Shown: positions 24,719-33,406, numbered from the stretch's first letter. The stretch is 42,398 nt of DNA from Jiangellaceae bacterium (GCA_014534205.1 JACVRX010000001.1:1-42398), one strand, 5' to 3'. Translations and numbers: made by a program. Notes: generated by a model not told the origin, from the letters alone.

Positions 24719-25237
24719 TCAAAGATCGGGCGCGCGGCGCGGGCGGCGGTGCGCAACCCACGGCAGCTTGCCGACCGTCGTGGCGGGAGAGTCAGGCGGT
24801 GGAGCGGCCAGTGACTCGTCGGGAAACGCGCCCGGGCGCTCCAACACCTCCCCGGATGGCGTCAGCCGGGTGATGGTCGACTCCTCCGCCCAGGCAGCGA
24901 GCAGGTCGACGCCCGGCGGCGCGTTGAGCCGCTCCGCCTTCAACAGCTCGGCGGCCGCTCGCCAGCTTTCGGTGCCGGGCGTCTCGACCGCGGCGGCCGC
25001 CACCCAGCTCACCAGCCGGGCACCGGTGTCCTTTGACCGGTTCGTCACCACGACCCGCGAGGCCTGCTCGATACCGGGCAAGGACTGCTCGGGCCCGCCG
25101 GAGACGACGTACGCCGCGCCGTCGTGCCAGACGTACCACGCGCCGCGGGGCCGGTCGCTGCCCTGGTACGTAAGCCAGGCGATGGCGGACCGCTTCATCG
25201 CCTCCTCGACGAGCGCCTGCACCTCACTGGCTTCCAC
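24719..25237 (-). CDS. Hypothetical protein (possibly a pyridoxamine-5'-phosphate-oxidase-like split barrel)
   Basis: This is the C-terminal 172 codons of ORF 24719..25756, which have protein-like composition (VEASEVQALVEEAMKRSAIAWLTYQGSDRPRGAWYVWHDGAAYVVSGGP...). The upstream part is Arg-rich junk and overlaps the lipoprotein gene. The start is uncertain (GTG 25237 or ATG 25318). Confidence 0.55.
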   Translation of the reverse strand: MEASEVQALVEEAMKRSAIAWLTYQGSDRPRGAWYVWHDGAAYVVSGGPEQSLPGIEQASRVVVTNRSKDTGARLVSWVAAAAVETPGTESWRAAAELLKAERLNAPPGVDLLAAWAEESTITRLTPSGEVLERPGAFPDESLAAPPPDSPATTVGKLPWVAHRRPRRAPDL

Positions 25238-25422
25238 GGTCGCCAGCGTGCCACTTCGCCCGATGGGCAGGTGACGGAAAGGGGCTCGCTGCCACCGGTG
25301 ACGGCAGGTGACCCACATTCCGCGGGCTTCGTGATGCGTGACCGGCGATCGTGCTGCGAATCGCTCGGTGACGCCGTGGAACGTCCGGTCGCCCGCCGTC
25401 GCGGTACTGCGAAGCCACGACC

Positions 25423-26175
25423 TCAGGGCGTCGGCAGGCTGACAGCGTCGACGACCGAGTCCTTCGGCGGAGCCTTCACCGTGATGTCCGCCCCAAAGTC
25501 GCTGAACGTCAGTACGCCGACGCCCGCGGTTGCGCCCTTCTCCTCGAACTGCAGAGGGAGCGGGTCGCCATGCGCCGAGACCCACAACGTGCCGCCGGTC
25601 TCCGCGAAGATCAGCCCGACCGCCGGCCGGCCCTGCACATACCGGACCCCGGTGAGCTCCACCGGCCCCTGTGCGCCGAGCACGCGGGCAGCGAACGTCC
25701 GGCCGTCGGCGAACAGCGCGAACTGCGACGTCGCGTCCGGCGCCAGGAGCAACCACTTGCCGGACATCCGCTTGGCCGCGTCCTTTCCGACGCTCGCCGC
25801 CATGAACTCGTCGTCACCGGTGACGTATATCCGGCCGTCCACGGCGAGGAGCTGCACCCGACTGCCTGCGATCACGGTGCCGGTCGCCGCATTGTCGACG
25901 AAGGAGATGTCGAGCGTCTGGCCACCGACCGTCGTGCCGGTGACGTGGTAGGAATCGTTCGCCTCGACCTCTTGTAGGACCCGGCCGAGCGCCTGGTCCG
26001 CACTCAGCTGATCCAACCCGTTCGGGGCACTGGGTGCCCGAGGCGAGGCGATCTGCTCCAGCGGCAGCGCCGGCGCCTCCTGTGTTTCCTCCGGCGCATC
26101 GCCGCAGCCAACGGCACAAACCAGACAGGTGAGCACGGACAGACCGACGCGCAACACTCGCAGGTCGGACGCCAT
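25423..26175 (-). CDS. Putative secreted lipoprotein
   Basis: Signal peptide with a lipobox: MASDLRVLRVGLSVLTCLVCAVGC|GDAP. Confidence 0.75.
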   Translation of the reverse strand: MASDLRVLRVGLSVLTCLVCAVGCGDAPEETQEAPALPLEQIASPRAPSAPNGLDQLSADQALGRVLQEVEANDSYHVTGTTVGGQTLDISFVDNAATGTVIAGSRVQLLAVDGRIYVTGDDEFMAASVGKDAAKRMSGKWLLLAPDATSQFALFADGRTFAARVLGAQGPVELTGVRYVQGRPAVGLIFAETGGTLWVSAHGDPLPLQFEEKGATAGVGVLTFSDFGADITVKAPPKDSVVDAVSLPTP

Positions 26176-26266
26176 CGTTCCTCTGGTCGGCGGCCCAGGC
26201 AGGGGCGGTCGGGGCGACCGTGGTGTGCCAGTCTACGGGAGGCATCTCGGCCGGTAGCCTGCGGCC

Positions 26267-27529
26267 ATGAGCGCGACGCTGACCAGGGTGTATGTCGCGC
26301 GGTTGGCCGGTACTGCGGTCTTCGACCCCAACGGCGACCAGGTCGGCAAGGTCCACGACGTCGTGGTCACTGCACCGGTGCCCGGCTCCCTGTCGCGCGC
26401 GCTCGGGCTGGTGGTCGAGGTGCCGGTGCGTAGGCGGATCTTCCTGCCGATCACCCGGGTGACGAGCGTCGACGGTGGTCAGGTGATCAGCACTGGGCTC
26501 GTCGACATGCGCCGGTTCGAGCAGCGCCAGGGCGAGACACTGGTACTGGGCGAGATGCTCGACCGCCGAGTCCGGGTCGAAGCGACGGGCGAGGAGGTCA
26601 TCGTCTCCGACGTGGGTATCGAGCAGAGCAGGGCCCGGGACTGGGTCGTGACGAAGGTCGCCGCGCACGGCCGGGGCAAGCGGTTCGGCCGCCGCGGCGA
26701 GACCCGGATCTACTCCTTCGACGAGCTGACCGGGTTCGCGGTCCCCGAGGAGGCGCAAGGCGCGGCGAACATGCTCGCTGCCTTCGAGAAGCTGCGACCG
26801 GCCGACCTCGCCAGCATGCTGCGGGAGCTTTCCACCAAGCGGCGCCGCGAGGTGGCGCTGGCGCTGCAGGACGAGCGGCTCGCGGACGTACTGGAGGAGC
26901 TGGACGCCTCGGAGGCGCAAGAGCTGATCCGCTCGCTGGACGGGGAGCGCGCTGCTGACGTCCTCGAAGCGATGGACCCCGACGATGCGGCCGACCTGCT
27001 GTCGGACCTGCCGACCGAGCAGGCGGAGAAGCTGCTCACGCTGATGGAACCGGACGAGGCGGCACCGGTGCGCCAACTGCTTCGCTACGAGGACTACACG
27101 GCGGGAGGCATGATGACCAACGAGCCGGTCGTCCTGTCTCCGGACGCCACGGTCGCCGAAGCGCTGGCACGCATCCGCAACCCGGATCTCACGCCCTCGC
27201 TCGCCGCCCAGGTGTACGTGTGCCGGCCGCCGCTGGACACGCCCACCGGCCAGTACCTCGGCACCGCGCACTTTCAGCGACTGCTCCGCGAGCCGCCGTC
27301 CTCGCTGGTCTCCGGCGTCATCGAGGCCGACCTGGACCCGCTGCCGCCGAACGCCGAACTAGAGCAGGTCGCCGGCGTGTTCGCGACGTACAACCTGGTG
27401 GCCTGCCCGGTCGTCGACGAGCACGGCCGCCTTCTCGGCGTCGTCACCGTGGACGACGTCATGGACCACATGCTGGGCGAGGAGTGGCGCGCCCGCGCGA
27501 CCCGGGAGGAGGCCAGAAGTGGTGCGTAG
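26267..27529 (+). CDS. Soluble MgtE-N-terminal-domain plus CBS-pair protein (no transporter TM domain)
   Basis: MgtE_N-like repeats: LRPADLASMLRELS...LADVLEELDASEAQELIRSLDGERAADVLEAMDPDDAADLLSDLP. These are followed by a CBS-like region MTNEPVVLSPDATVAEALARIR...VVDEHGRLLGVVTVDDVMDHM. Confidence 0.8.
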   Translation: MSATLTRVYVARLAGTAVFDPNGDQVGKVHDVVVTAPVPGSLSRALGLVVEVPVRRRIFLPITRVTSVDGGQVISTGLVDMRRFEQRQGETLVLGEMLDRRVRVEATGEEVIVSDVGIEQSRARDWVVTKVAAHGRGKRFGRRGETRIYSFDELTGFAVPEEAQGAANMLAAFEKLRPADLASMLRELSTKRRREVALALQDERLADVLEELDASEAQELIRSLDGERAADVLEAMDPDDAADLLSDLPTEQAEKLLTLMEPDEAAPVRQLLRYEDYTAGGMMTNEPVVLSPDATVAEALARIRNPDLTPSLAAQVYVCRPPLDTPTGQYLGTAHFQRLLREPPSSLVSGVIEADLDPLPPNAELEQVAGVFATYNLVACPVVDEHGRLLGVVTVDDVMDHMLGEEWRARATREEARSGA

Positions 27530-28025
27530 CTCGCTGGACCAGCCGCGGGTTCCGGGCGGCTTGCGCCGCCCGAACGTCGACCCGGAGCTCATCGGCAAGG
27601 CATCGGAACGGATTGCGCGGTTCCTCGGCACCGGACGGTTCCTGCTCTACCTCACCGTGTTCATCGTGGTGTGGCTGTCGTGGAACACGCTCGGCCCGGA
27701 GCGGCTGCAGTACGACTCGTACCCGTTCATCTTCCTGACCCTGCTGCTCTCGATTCAGGCGTCGTACGCGGCGCCGCTGATCCTGCTCGCGCAGAACCGG
27801 CAGGACGACCGGGACCGGGTGAACCTGGAGCAGGACCGCGGGGTGAACGCCCGCGCCCGCGCGGACATGGAGTTCCTCGCGCGCGAGATCGCCGCGCTTC
27901 GGATCGCCACCGGGGAGGTCGCCACCCGCGACTTCATCCGCTCCGAGCTGCGCGAACTCGCCGAGGAGTTGAGCCCGGACTTGGCGCGGGCGCGTCCGGG
28001 CAACCGCGTCGACGGCCCTGGCTGA
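27519..28025 (+). CDS. DUF1003-family membrane protein
   Basis: YDSYPFIFLTLLLSIQASYAAPLILLAQNRQDDRDR. The start overlaps the end of the preceding gene. Confidence 0.8.
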   Translation: MVRSSLDQPRVPGGLRRPNVDPELIGKASERIARFLGTGRFLLYLTVFIVVWLSWNTLGPERLQYDSYPFIFLTLLLSIQASYAAPLILLAQNRQDDRDRVNLEQDRGVNARARADMEFLAREIAALRIATGEVATRDFIRSELRELAEELSPDLARARPGNRVDGPG

Positions 28026-28056
28026 CGCAGGGGTAAGCTCGGCGATAACAACTGCA

Positions 28057-28155
28057 GACGACAGGGGAGCGCACAGCGCTGAGAGTGTGGGCCGGGGAGC
28101 CCGCAGACCCTCGAACCTGATCCGGGTAATGCCGGCGCAGGGAGTCGACAGTCAC
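28057..28155 (+). promoter_or_regulatory. TPP (thiamine pyrophosphate) riboswitch, THI-box aptamer
   Basis: CGACAGGGGAGCGCACAGCGCTGAGAGTGTGGGCCGGGGAGCCCGCAGACCCTCGAACCTGATCCGGGTAATGCCGGCGCAGGGAGTCG. This carries the conserved GGGG.GC...CUGAGA...ACCC..GAACCUGAUC.GG.UAAU.CC.GCG.AGGGA core with a CGAC/GUCG P1 stem. It lies directly upstream of ykoE. Confidence 0.85.
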
Positions 28156-28247
28156 GACGCGGCGCGCCCACGGACGATTCGTGGCGCGCCGTTCCAGTGT
28201 CGTGACCGAGCGCGAAGCCACCCTCCTGATTTCGACGGGAGGAAGTC

Positions 28248-28874
28248 ATGAGCGATCAGGACGTTCGACGCGCGACGTCGTCCGGAGCGGTGGAGGGGCA
28301 CCGGCGGGGCTGGCGGACCGTGGACATCGTCGTTACCGCCGTGCTGGGCGTGACGTTCGGCGTGGTGTTCTGGGCGTGGAATGCGTTGTGGGTAGCCCTG
28401 GACCCAGCCTTCAAGGCGTTCCCGCCGGGGCAGGGGTTCATGTACGGGATGTGGCTGGTGCCCGGCGTGCTCGCCATGCTGGTGGTCCGCAAACCGGGCG
28501 CGGCGGTGTTCGCGATGCTGGTCGCGTCGACCGTCAGCGCGTTGCTGGGTGTCACCTGGGGCGTGCAGGTGATCTGGTACGGGCTGCTCGAGGGGCTGGC
28601 GCCCGAGCTGGTCTTCCTGGCTACCCGATACCGGCGGTTCACACTTTTGGTCGCAACGGCGGCCGCCGCCGCCGCAGGTCTGACGGCGTTCGCGCTGGAC
28701 TGGTTCTACTACTACCGCGACTGGTCGGCCGGCTGGCTCACCGCCTATGCGGTGCTGGTGACGCTGAGCTCGGTGGTCATCGCCGGAGTCGGGTCGTGGC
28801 TCCTGGTCCGCCGGCTGGCGGCGACCGGGGTGCTGGACGCGTTCCCGTCCGGCCGGGAACGGACCCGAGTCTGA
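28248..28874 (+). CDS. ykoE: ECF transporter S (substrate-binding) component, YkoE-type (thiamine-precursor/HMP)
   Basis: GGGAGGAAG lies 5 nt upstream of the ATG. The protein is a multi-TM protein of 208 aa (WRTVDIVVTAVLGVTFGVVFWAWN...). The assignment rests on its context between the TPP riboswitch and the duplicated ATPase and T components. Confidence 0.75.
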   Translation: MSDQDVRRATSSGAVEGHRRGWRTVDIVVTAVLGVTFGVVFWAWNALWVALDPAFKAFPPGQGFMYGMWLVPGVLAMLVVRKPGAAVFAMLVASTVSALLGVTWGVQVIWYGLLEGLAPELVFLATRYRRFTLLVATAAAAAAGLTAFALDWFYYYRDWSAGWLTAYAVLVTLSSVVIAGVGSWLLVRRLAATGVLDAFPSGRERTRV

Positions 28875-30352
28875 CCGGCTGCCGGATCGAGGCGCGCGGC
28901 TGGGGCTGGCGGCACGCCGGACGCCGCCGGCCTGCGCTCCGCGAGCTCGACCTCGTCGTCGAGCCCGGTGAGCGGCTGCTGCTGCTCGGCCGGTCCGGCG
29001 CCGGCAAGAGCACCCTGCTCACCGCGCTGGCCGGGCTGCTGGACCCGTCGCACGCGGGCGAGCCGGAAGGCCGGCTGACCGTCGACGGGCTCGACCCACG
29101 GGACGCCCGCGACCGGACCGGGCTGCTGTTCCAGGACCCGCAGACCCAGCTGGTCATGGCCCGGGCCGGCGACGACGTCGCGTTCGGGCCGGAGAACCGG
29201 GCCGTTCCCGCCGAGGCGATCTGGCGGCTGGTCGAGGCTTCGCTGGCGGCCGTCGGTTTCCCATACGGGCGGGACCGCCGCACCGAGCAGCTGTCTGGCG
29301 GAGAGCAGCAGCGGCTTGCGCTCGCCGGCATCCTGGCGCTCTCGCCCCGGCTGCTGCTGTTCGACGAACCGACGGCGAACCTCGACCCGCTGGGCGCCAC
29401 GCTGGTACGCGAGGCGATCGCAGCAGTGCAGCAGGCCACCGGCGCGACGGTCGTACTCGTCGAGCACCGTGTCGCCGAGACTCTGCCACTTGTCGATCGG
29501 GTGGTGGTCCTGGAAGCCGGCGGCGGCGTCGCCGCGGACGGGCCGCCGGACGTCGTCTTCGCGACGTATGGGGACCAGCTCTCAGCAGCCGGTGTCTGGG
29601 TGCCGGCGCACCCCATGCCGGTGCGCCGCGCCACCGGACCCCCGGGCGGTGAGTTGCTGGTGGCTCGCGGCGTGGGCTTCTTCCACCGCGGAGCCGTGCG
29701 GCCGGCGCTGGCCGGGGTGTCGACCGAGCTCCGCGCCGGACAGGCACTCGCCGTCGTCGGCCCGAACGGCTCCGGCAAGTCCACCCTGGCGACGATCCTG
29801 GCCGGGCTAGTGCCGCCGACCGTCGGAACTGTCCGGACAAGCCGGGCACTCGCTGGCGCCGACGAACTCAGCCCGCCACATCGCTGGCCGGCGGCACAGT
29901 TGGCGGACCGGATCGGCATGGTGTTCCAGGACCCGGAGCACCAGTTCCTCACCGGGCGGGTTCGGGACGAGCTCGCCTTCGGGCCGTCGCGGCGCGGCGT
30001 TCCCGCTGAGACAGTCGGCCGGCTCGTCGACGACGTGCTGGCCCGCCTAAACCTCACCCACCTCGCCGAGGCGAACCCGTTCACGCTCTCCGGGGGCGAG
30101 CAGCGCCGGCTGTCCGTCGCCACCGCGCTGACGACGAGCCCGTCCGTGCTGGTGCTGGACGAGCCGACGTTCGGCCAGGACCAGCGGACCTGGTTGCAGC
30201 TGCTGGACCTGCTCGCCGACCGCCGCGACGCCGGCGGAGCCATCTGCGCGGTGACGCACGACGAGGCGTTCGTGACGTCGCTCGCCGACGAGGTGTTGCG
30301 GCTCGACGCCGGACGCGCGGTTTCCGCCGGTGGTCGGGAGGTCGCGGCATGA
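28796..30352 (+). CDS. ykoD: ECF transporter fused double ATPase (A-A' component), YkoD-type
   Basis: Frame of ORF 28181..30352. There are two ABC cassettes: GRSGAGKSTL / LSGGEQQRLALAG / LLLFDEPTANLD, and GPNGSGKSTL / LSGGEQRRLSVATAL / VLVLDEPTFGQD. The start is uncertain. GTG 28796 overlaps ykoE by 79 nt, and the only codon at the ykoE stop is CTG 28871. Confidence 0.8.
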   Translation: MAPGPPAGGDRGAGRVPVRPGTDPSLTGCRIEARGWGWRHAGRRRPALRELDLVVEPGERLLLLGRSGAGKSTLLTALAGLLDPSHAGEPEGRLTVDGLDPRDARDRTGLLFQDPQTQLVMARAGDDVAFGPENRAVPAEAIWRLVEASLAAVGFPYGRDRRTEQLSGGEQQRLALAGILALSPRLLLFDEPTANLDPLGATLVREAIAAVQQATGATVVLVEHRVAETLPLVDRVVVLEAGGGVAADGPPDVVFATYGDQLSAAGVWVPAHPMPVRRATGPPGGELLVARGVGFFHRGAVRPALAGVSTELRAGQALAVVGPNGSGKSTLATILAGLVPPTVGTVRTSRALAGADELSPPHRWPAAQLADRIGMVFQDPEHQFLTGRVRDELAFGPSRRGVPAETVGRLVDDVLARLNLTHLAEANPFTLSGGEQRRLSVATALTTSPSVLVLDEPTFGQDQRTWLQLLDLLADRRDAGGAICAVTHDEAFVTSLADEVLRLDAGRAVSAGGREVAA

Positions 30353-31104
30353 TGGCGATCGCGCTGGAGCCGGTCAGCGCTGGCCGGCTCGCCCGGGCCA
30401 ACCCGGCCGCCAAACTCGGCGCGTGTTTTCTCCTCGGCCTGGGCGCGTCACTCACCGACGACGCGCTCACGCCGGCGCTGCTTCTCGGCGGTGTCGTGGT
30501 CGCCATGGTCGTCGGCGGTGTCCCAGTGCGCGTGCTCGTGACCCGCGGCTGGGTGCTCCTCGTCTCGGCGACCGGCCTGGGCCTCACCACGCTGCTGTTC
30601 GGCGACTCGCAGCAGCCGTGGCTCACGGCGGTTACCGTCACCGTACGGGTGCTTGCGATCGCGCTGCCGGGTGTGATCGTCATGCTCACCATCGACCCAA
30701 CCGACCTGGCCGACTCGCTGGTGCAGAACACCCGGGTACCCGCGCGGTTCGCGTACGCAGCGCTCGCCGCGTTACGGCTGTTGCCGCTGCTTGCAGTCGA
30801 GTGGACGACGATCAAGCTGGCCCGCCGAGCCCGCGGCGTCGACGCCGGGCGCAACCCGGTGCGGCACGCCCAGCAGTTCGCGGGAACCGTGTTCACGCTG
30901 CTGGTCGGCGCGATGCGGCGCGGCACCCGGCTGGCCCTGGCCATGGATGCGCGCGGCTTCGACTCCACCGGCCCGCGTACGGTGGCCCGGACCCAGCGGG
31001 TACGGCGCTCCGACTTCGCGCTGATCGCCGGTTCGGTGCTGCTGGTGGCGGCGGCGTTCGTGCTGAGCACTGCACTCGGCATCTTCCGCCCCGTCTGGTC
31101 GTGA
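30349..31104 (+). CDS. ykoC: ECF transporter transmembrane (T) component, CbiQ/EcfT family
   Basis: ATGA overlap with the ykoD stop. The protein is hydrophobic and carries the LARRARGVD and AMDARGF coupling motifs. Confidence 0.85.
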   Translation: MMAIALEPVSAGRLARANPAAKLGACFLLGLGASLTDDALTPALLLGGVVVAMVVGGVPVRVLVTRGWVLLVSATGLGLTTLLFGDSQQPWLTAVTVTVRVLAIALPGVIVMLTIDPTDLADSLVQNTRVPARFAYAALAALRLLPLLAVEWTTIKLARRARGVDAGRNPVRHAQQFAGTVFTLLVGAMRRGTRLALAMDARGFDSTGPRTVARTQRVRRSDFALIAGSVLLVAAAFVLSTALGIFRPVWS

Positions 31105-31125
31105 CCTCCCGGTCACCTCACCGTT

Positions 31126-31207
31126 CTGAAATGACCACGTACACAACCCCGGCTGGTACATCACCAGGCCTGCACGCCTGGTGATGCACCAGCAGGCCTG
31201 GGAATGG
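31126..31207 (-). repeat. Palindromic intergenic repeat, copy D (reverse orientation)
   Basis: CTGAAATGACCACGTACACAACCCCGGCTGGTACATCACCAGGCCTGCACGCCTGGTGATGCACCAGCAGGCCTGGGAATGG. It lies between the convergent ykoC and marR-like genes. Confidence 0.9.
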
Positions 31208-31227
31208 GCCGGTGCGCCGCCGTCGGG

Positions 31228-31683
31228 TCAATCCTGCAGCCGGGCGACGAACGCCGCGGCCCGCTGCAGCTCCTCGTCGGTGTACTTCGACAGCAGGTAC
31301 TCGTGGATGCCGCGCATATGCGTACCGGTCGCGGTGCGAAGCCGTTCGTATCCCTCATCGGTCAGGACGGCGTAGAAGCTCCGGGCGTCGCTCGCCGACT
31401 GCTCCCGGCGAACGACCCCCGCATCCACCATGCGGTCGACCAGCCGGGTGAGCCCGCTCGGCGACAGCATCACCCCGTCCGCCAGTTCGCTCATCCGCAG
31501 CCGGTGGCCCTCTGCCTCGACCAGCCTGGCCAGCACCTCGTACCATGCAAGCGAAATCCCGTGCCGGTCCAGCAAGTCGTTCTCGAGACGTCGAATGATC
31601 AACGTCACAGCGCGGACCAACGTCCGCCACGCCTCCAATTGCTCGGGTGTGACACGCTCGTGACTGACCTGTGTCGACGACAC
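31228..31683 (-). CDS. MarR-family transcriptional regulator
   Basis: This is the C-terminal 151 codons of ORF 31228..32616, starting at GTG 31683. Sequence: LEAWRTLVRAVTLIIRRLENDLLDRHGISLAWYEVLARLVEAEGHRLRMSELADGVMLSPSGLTRLVDRMVDAGVVRRE. Confidence 0.85.
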   Translation of the reverse strand: MSSTQVSHERVTPEQLEAWRTLVRAVTLIIRRLENDLLDRHGISLAWYEVLARLVEAEGHRLRMSELADGVMLSPSGLTRLVDRMVDAGVVRREQSASDARSFYAVLTDEGYERLRTATGTHMRGIHEYLLSKYTDEELQRAAAFVARLQD

Positions 31684-31689
31684 ACCACG

Positions 31690-32877
31690 ATGGTAAGCGA
31701 GGTCGAGACACGTAGCATCGAAGCCGTGCCCACCCATCCAACAACCGAACAGATCACCGGCGCGCTGGCGACGGTCCACGATCCGGAAATCAAGCGCCCC
31801 ATCACCGACCTCGGCATGGTCAAGTCCGTCCACGTTGCCGACGACGGCCAGGTGCGGGTCGACGTGTTCCTCACCGTGTCTGGCTGCCCCCTCCGCGACA
31901 CGATCACCCGAGACGTCACGGCAGCCGTGTCCGCGCTGCCCGGCGTGACGGGTGTCGACGTCGCACTGGACGTCATGTCCGACCAGCAGCGCGCCGAGCT
32001 GTCGCGGCAACTGCGCGGCGGCGTCGCCGAGCGGGAGATAACGTTCGCCAAGCCCGGGTCGCTCACTCGGGTATACGCGGTCGCCTCGGGCAAGGGCGGC
32101 GTGGGCAAGTCGTCGGTCACGGTCAACCTCGCTGCGGCGATGGCCGCGGACGGGGTTCGGGTCGGGCTGCTCGACGCCGACATCTACGGCCACTCGGCGC
32201 CCCGGATGCTCGCGGTGGACGGTACCCATCCCACCATCGTCGAGCGGATGATCATGCCGGTGCCCACGCACGGGGTGAAGCTGATCTCGACCGAGATGTT
32301 CAAGCCGGACCGTGACGCTCCCGTCGCCTGGCGCGGTCCGATGCTGCACCGGGCGCTGCAGCAGTTCCTCTCCGACGTGTTCTGGGGCGACTTGGACGTG
32401 CTGCTCCTCGACCTGCCGCCGGGCACCGGCGACGTGGCGATCTCGCTCGCGCAGCTGCTGCCGTCCGCTGAGCTCGTCGTGGTCACGACGCCCCAAGTCG
32501 CCGCCGCGGAGGTGGCGGAGCGGGCCGGTTCGATCGCGATCCAGACGCACCAGCAGGTCGCCGGCGTGATCGAGAACATGTCGTACCTGCCGTGCCCGCA
32601 CTGCGGGTCGACGCACCGGCTGGAGTTGTTCGGGTCCGGGGGTGGCGCCTCGGTTGCCGCTGGACTCAGCCGCCGGCTCGGCACGTCAGTGCCCACGCTG
32701 GGTGAGGTGCCCTTCGACGTGCGGCTGCGGGAAGGCGCGGACCGAGGTGTTCCGCTGGTGCTGTCCGACCCGACGGCACCGGCGGCGGAGGCACTGCGTG
32801 AGGTGGCCCGGGCGCTGTCGCACCGGCGCCGTGGGCTGGCTGGATTGTCGCTCGACTTGACGCCCGCCGGGCGCTGA
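31690..32877 (+). CDS. mrp: Mrp/ApbC/NBP35-family Fe-S cluster carrier ATPase
   Basis: Frame of ORF 31204..32877, starting at ATG 31690 (alternative GTG 31726). The N-terminal domain is DUF59-like (ALATVHDPEIKRPITDLGMV). Deviant Walker A: VASGKGGVGKSS. CPHCGS motif present. Confidence 0.9.
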   Translation: MVSEVETRSIEAVPTHPTTEQITGALATVHDPEIKRPITDLGMVKSVHVADDGQVRVDVFLTVSGCPLRDTITRDVTAAVSALPGVTGVDVALDVMSDQQRAELSRQLRGGVAEREITFAKPGSLTRVYAVASGKGGVGKSSVTVNLAAAMAADGVRVGLLDADIYGHSAPRMLAVDGTHPTIVERMIMPVPTHGVKLISTEMFKPDRDAPVAWRGPMLHRALQQFLSDVFWGDLDVLLLDLPPGTGDVAISLAQLLPSAELVVVTTPQVAAAEVAERAGSIAIQTHQQVAGVIENMSYLPCPHCGSTHRLELFGSGGGASVAAGLSRRLGTSVPTLGEVPFDVRLREGADRGVPLVLSDPTAPAAEALREVARALSHRRRGLAGLSLDLTPAGR

Positions 32878-32904
32878 CGGACCTCCGCAGCCGGCACGCC
32901 TGGG

Positions 32905-32986
32905 CCATCACCAGGCCTGCCCGTAGATCACCTGGCCTGCTGGCCTGGTGATCTACGGGCAGTGGTGGTGTACGTGGTCATTCCAG
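32905..32986 (+). repeat. Palindromic intergenic repeat, copy E
   Basis: CCATCACCAGGCCTGCCCGTAGATCACCTGGCCTGCTGGCCTGGTGATCTACGGGCAGTGGTGGTGTACGTGGTCATTCCAG. It lies between the convergent mrp and tatB genes. Confidence 0.9.
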
Positions 32987-32991
32987 CAGCG

Positions 32992-33354
32992 TTACGTGGT
33001 GTCTGGGTCGAAGGGGGTGGCGGCGGGAGTCGCCTGGGTGGGGTTCGCCGATGCGGCGGCGGAACGGTCCGGGCGGCGGCGGTGCGGCTGGTCGTCGTCC
33101 AGCCCGAGGTCCAGCCCGTCGAGCACGTTGCGCCGGACGTAGGACCTCGCGTTGAGGTTCTGCAACTTGCGCAGGTCGTCAGGATCCACGCCGATGCTGT
33201 CGGAGAGGTCCCGCCGCGCGTTCGCCACGAACCGGCGCAGGTCCCCGACCCAGGCCCCGGCTTGCCGGGCCATCTGGGGCAACCGGTCCGGCCCGAAGAC
33301 GAGCAGCCCGACGATCAGGATGACGAGCAGCTCTGGCGCTTCGATGCCGAACAC
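32992..33354 (-). CDS. tatB: Twin-arginine translocase subunit TatB
   Basis: MFGIEAPELLVILIVGLLVFGPDRLPQMARQAGAWVGDLRRF. It is positioned next to htrA, as in the mycobacterial sigE-rseA-htrA-tatB cluster. Confidence 0.85.
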   Translation of the reverse strand: MFGIEAPELLVILIVGLLVFGPDRLPQMARQAGAWVGDLRRFVANARRDLSDSIGVDPDDLRKLQNLNARSYVRRNVLDGLDLGLDDDQPHRRRPDRSAAASANPTQATPAATPFDPDTT

Positions 33355-33406
33355 GTTGCCCCCAGTCGGCGCCTCCGGTCGGTGAACACGGTCCAGCGTA
33401 CGAGGC

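Noticed and set aside
28777-30243. 488-aa minus-strand ORF antisense to ykoD
   Set aside because: Its Ser/Arg/Pro-rich composition is typical of the antisense frame of a GC-rich gene. The plus strand carries two complete ABC ATPase cassettes.
31684-32616. 5' two thirds of the 462-aa minus-strand ORF 31228..32616
   Set aside because: Only the last 151 codons look like a protein (MarR family). The rest is Arg/Gly/His-rich and antisense to the well-supported mrp gene.
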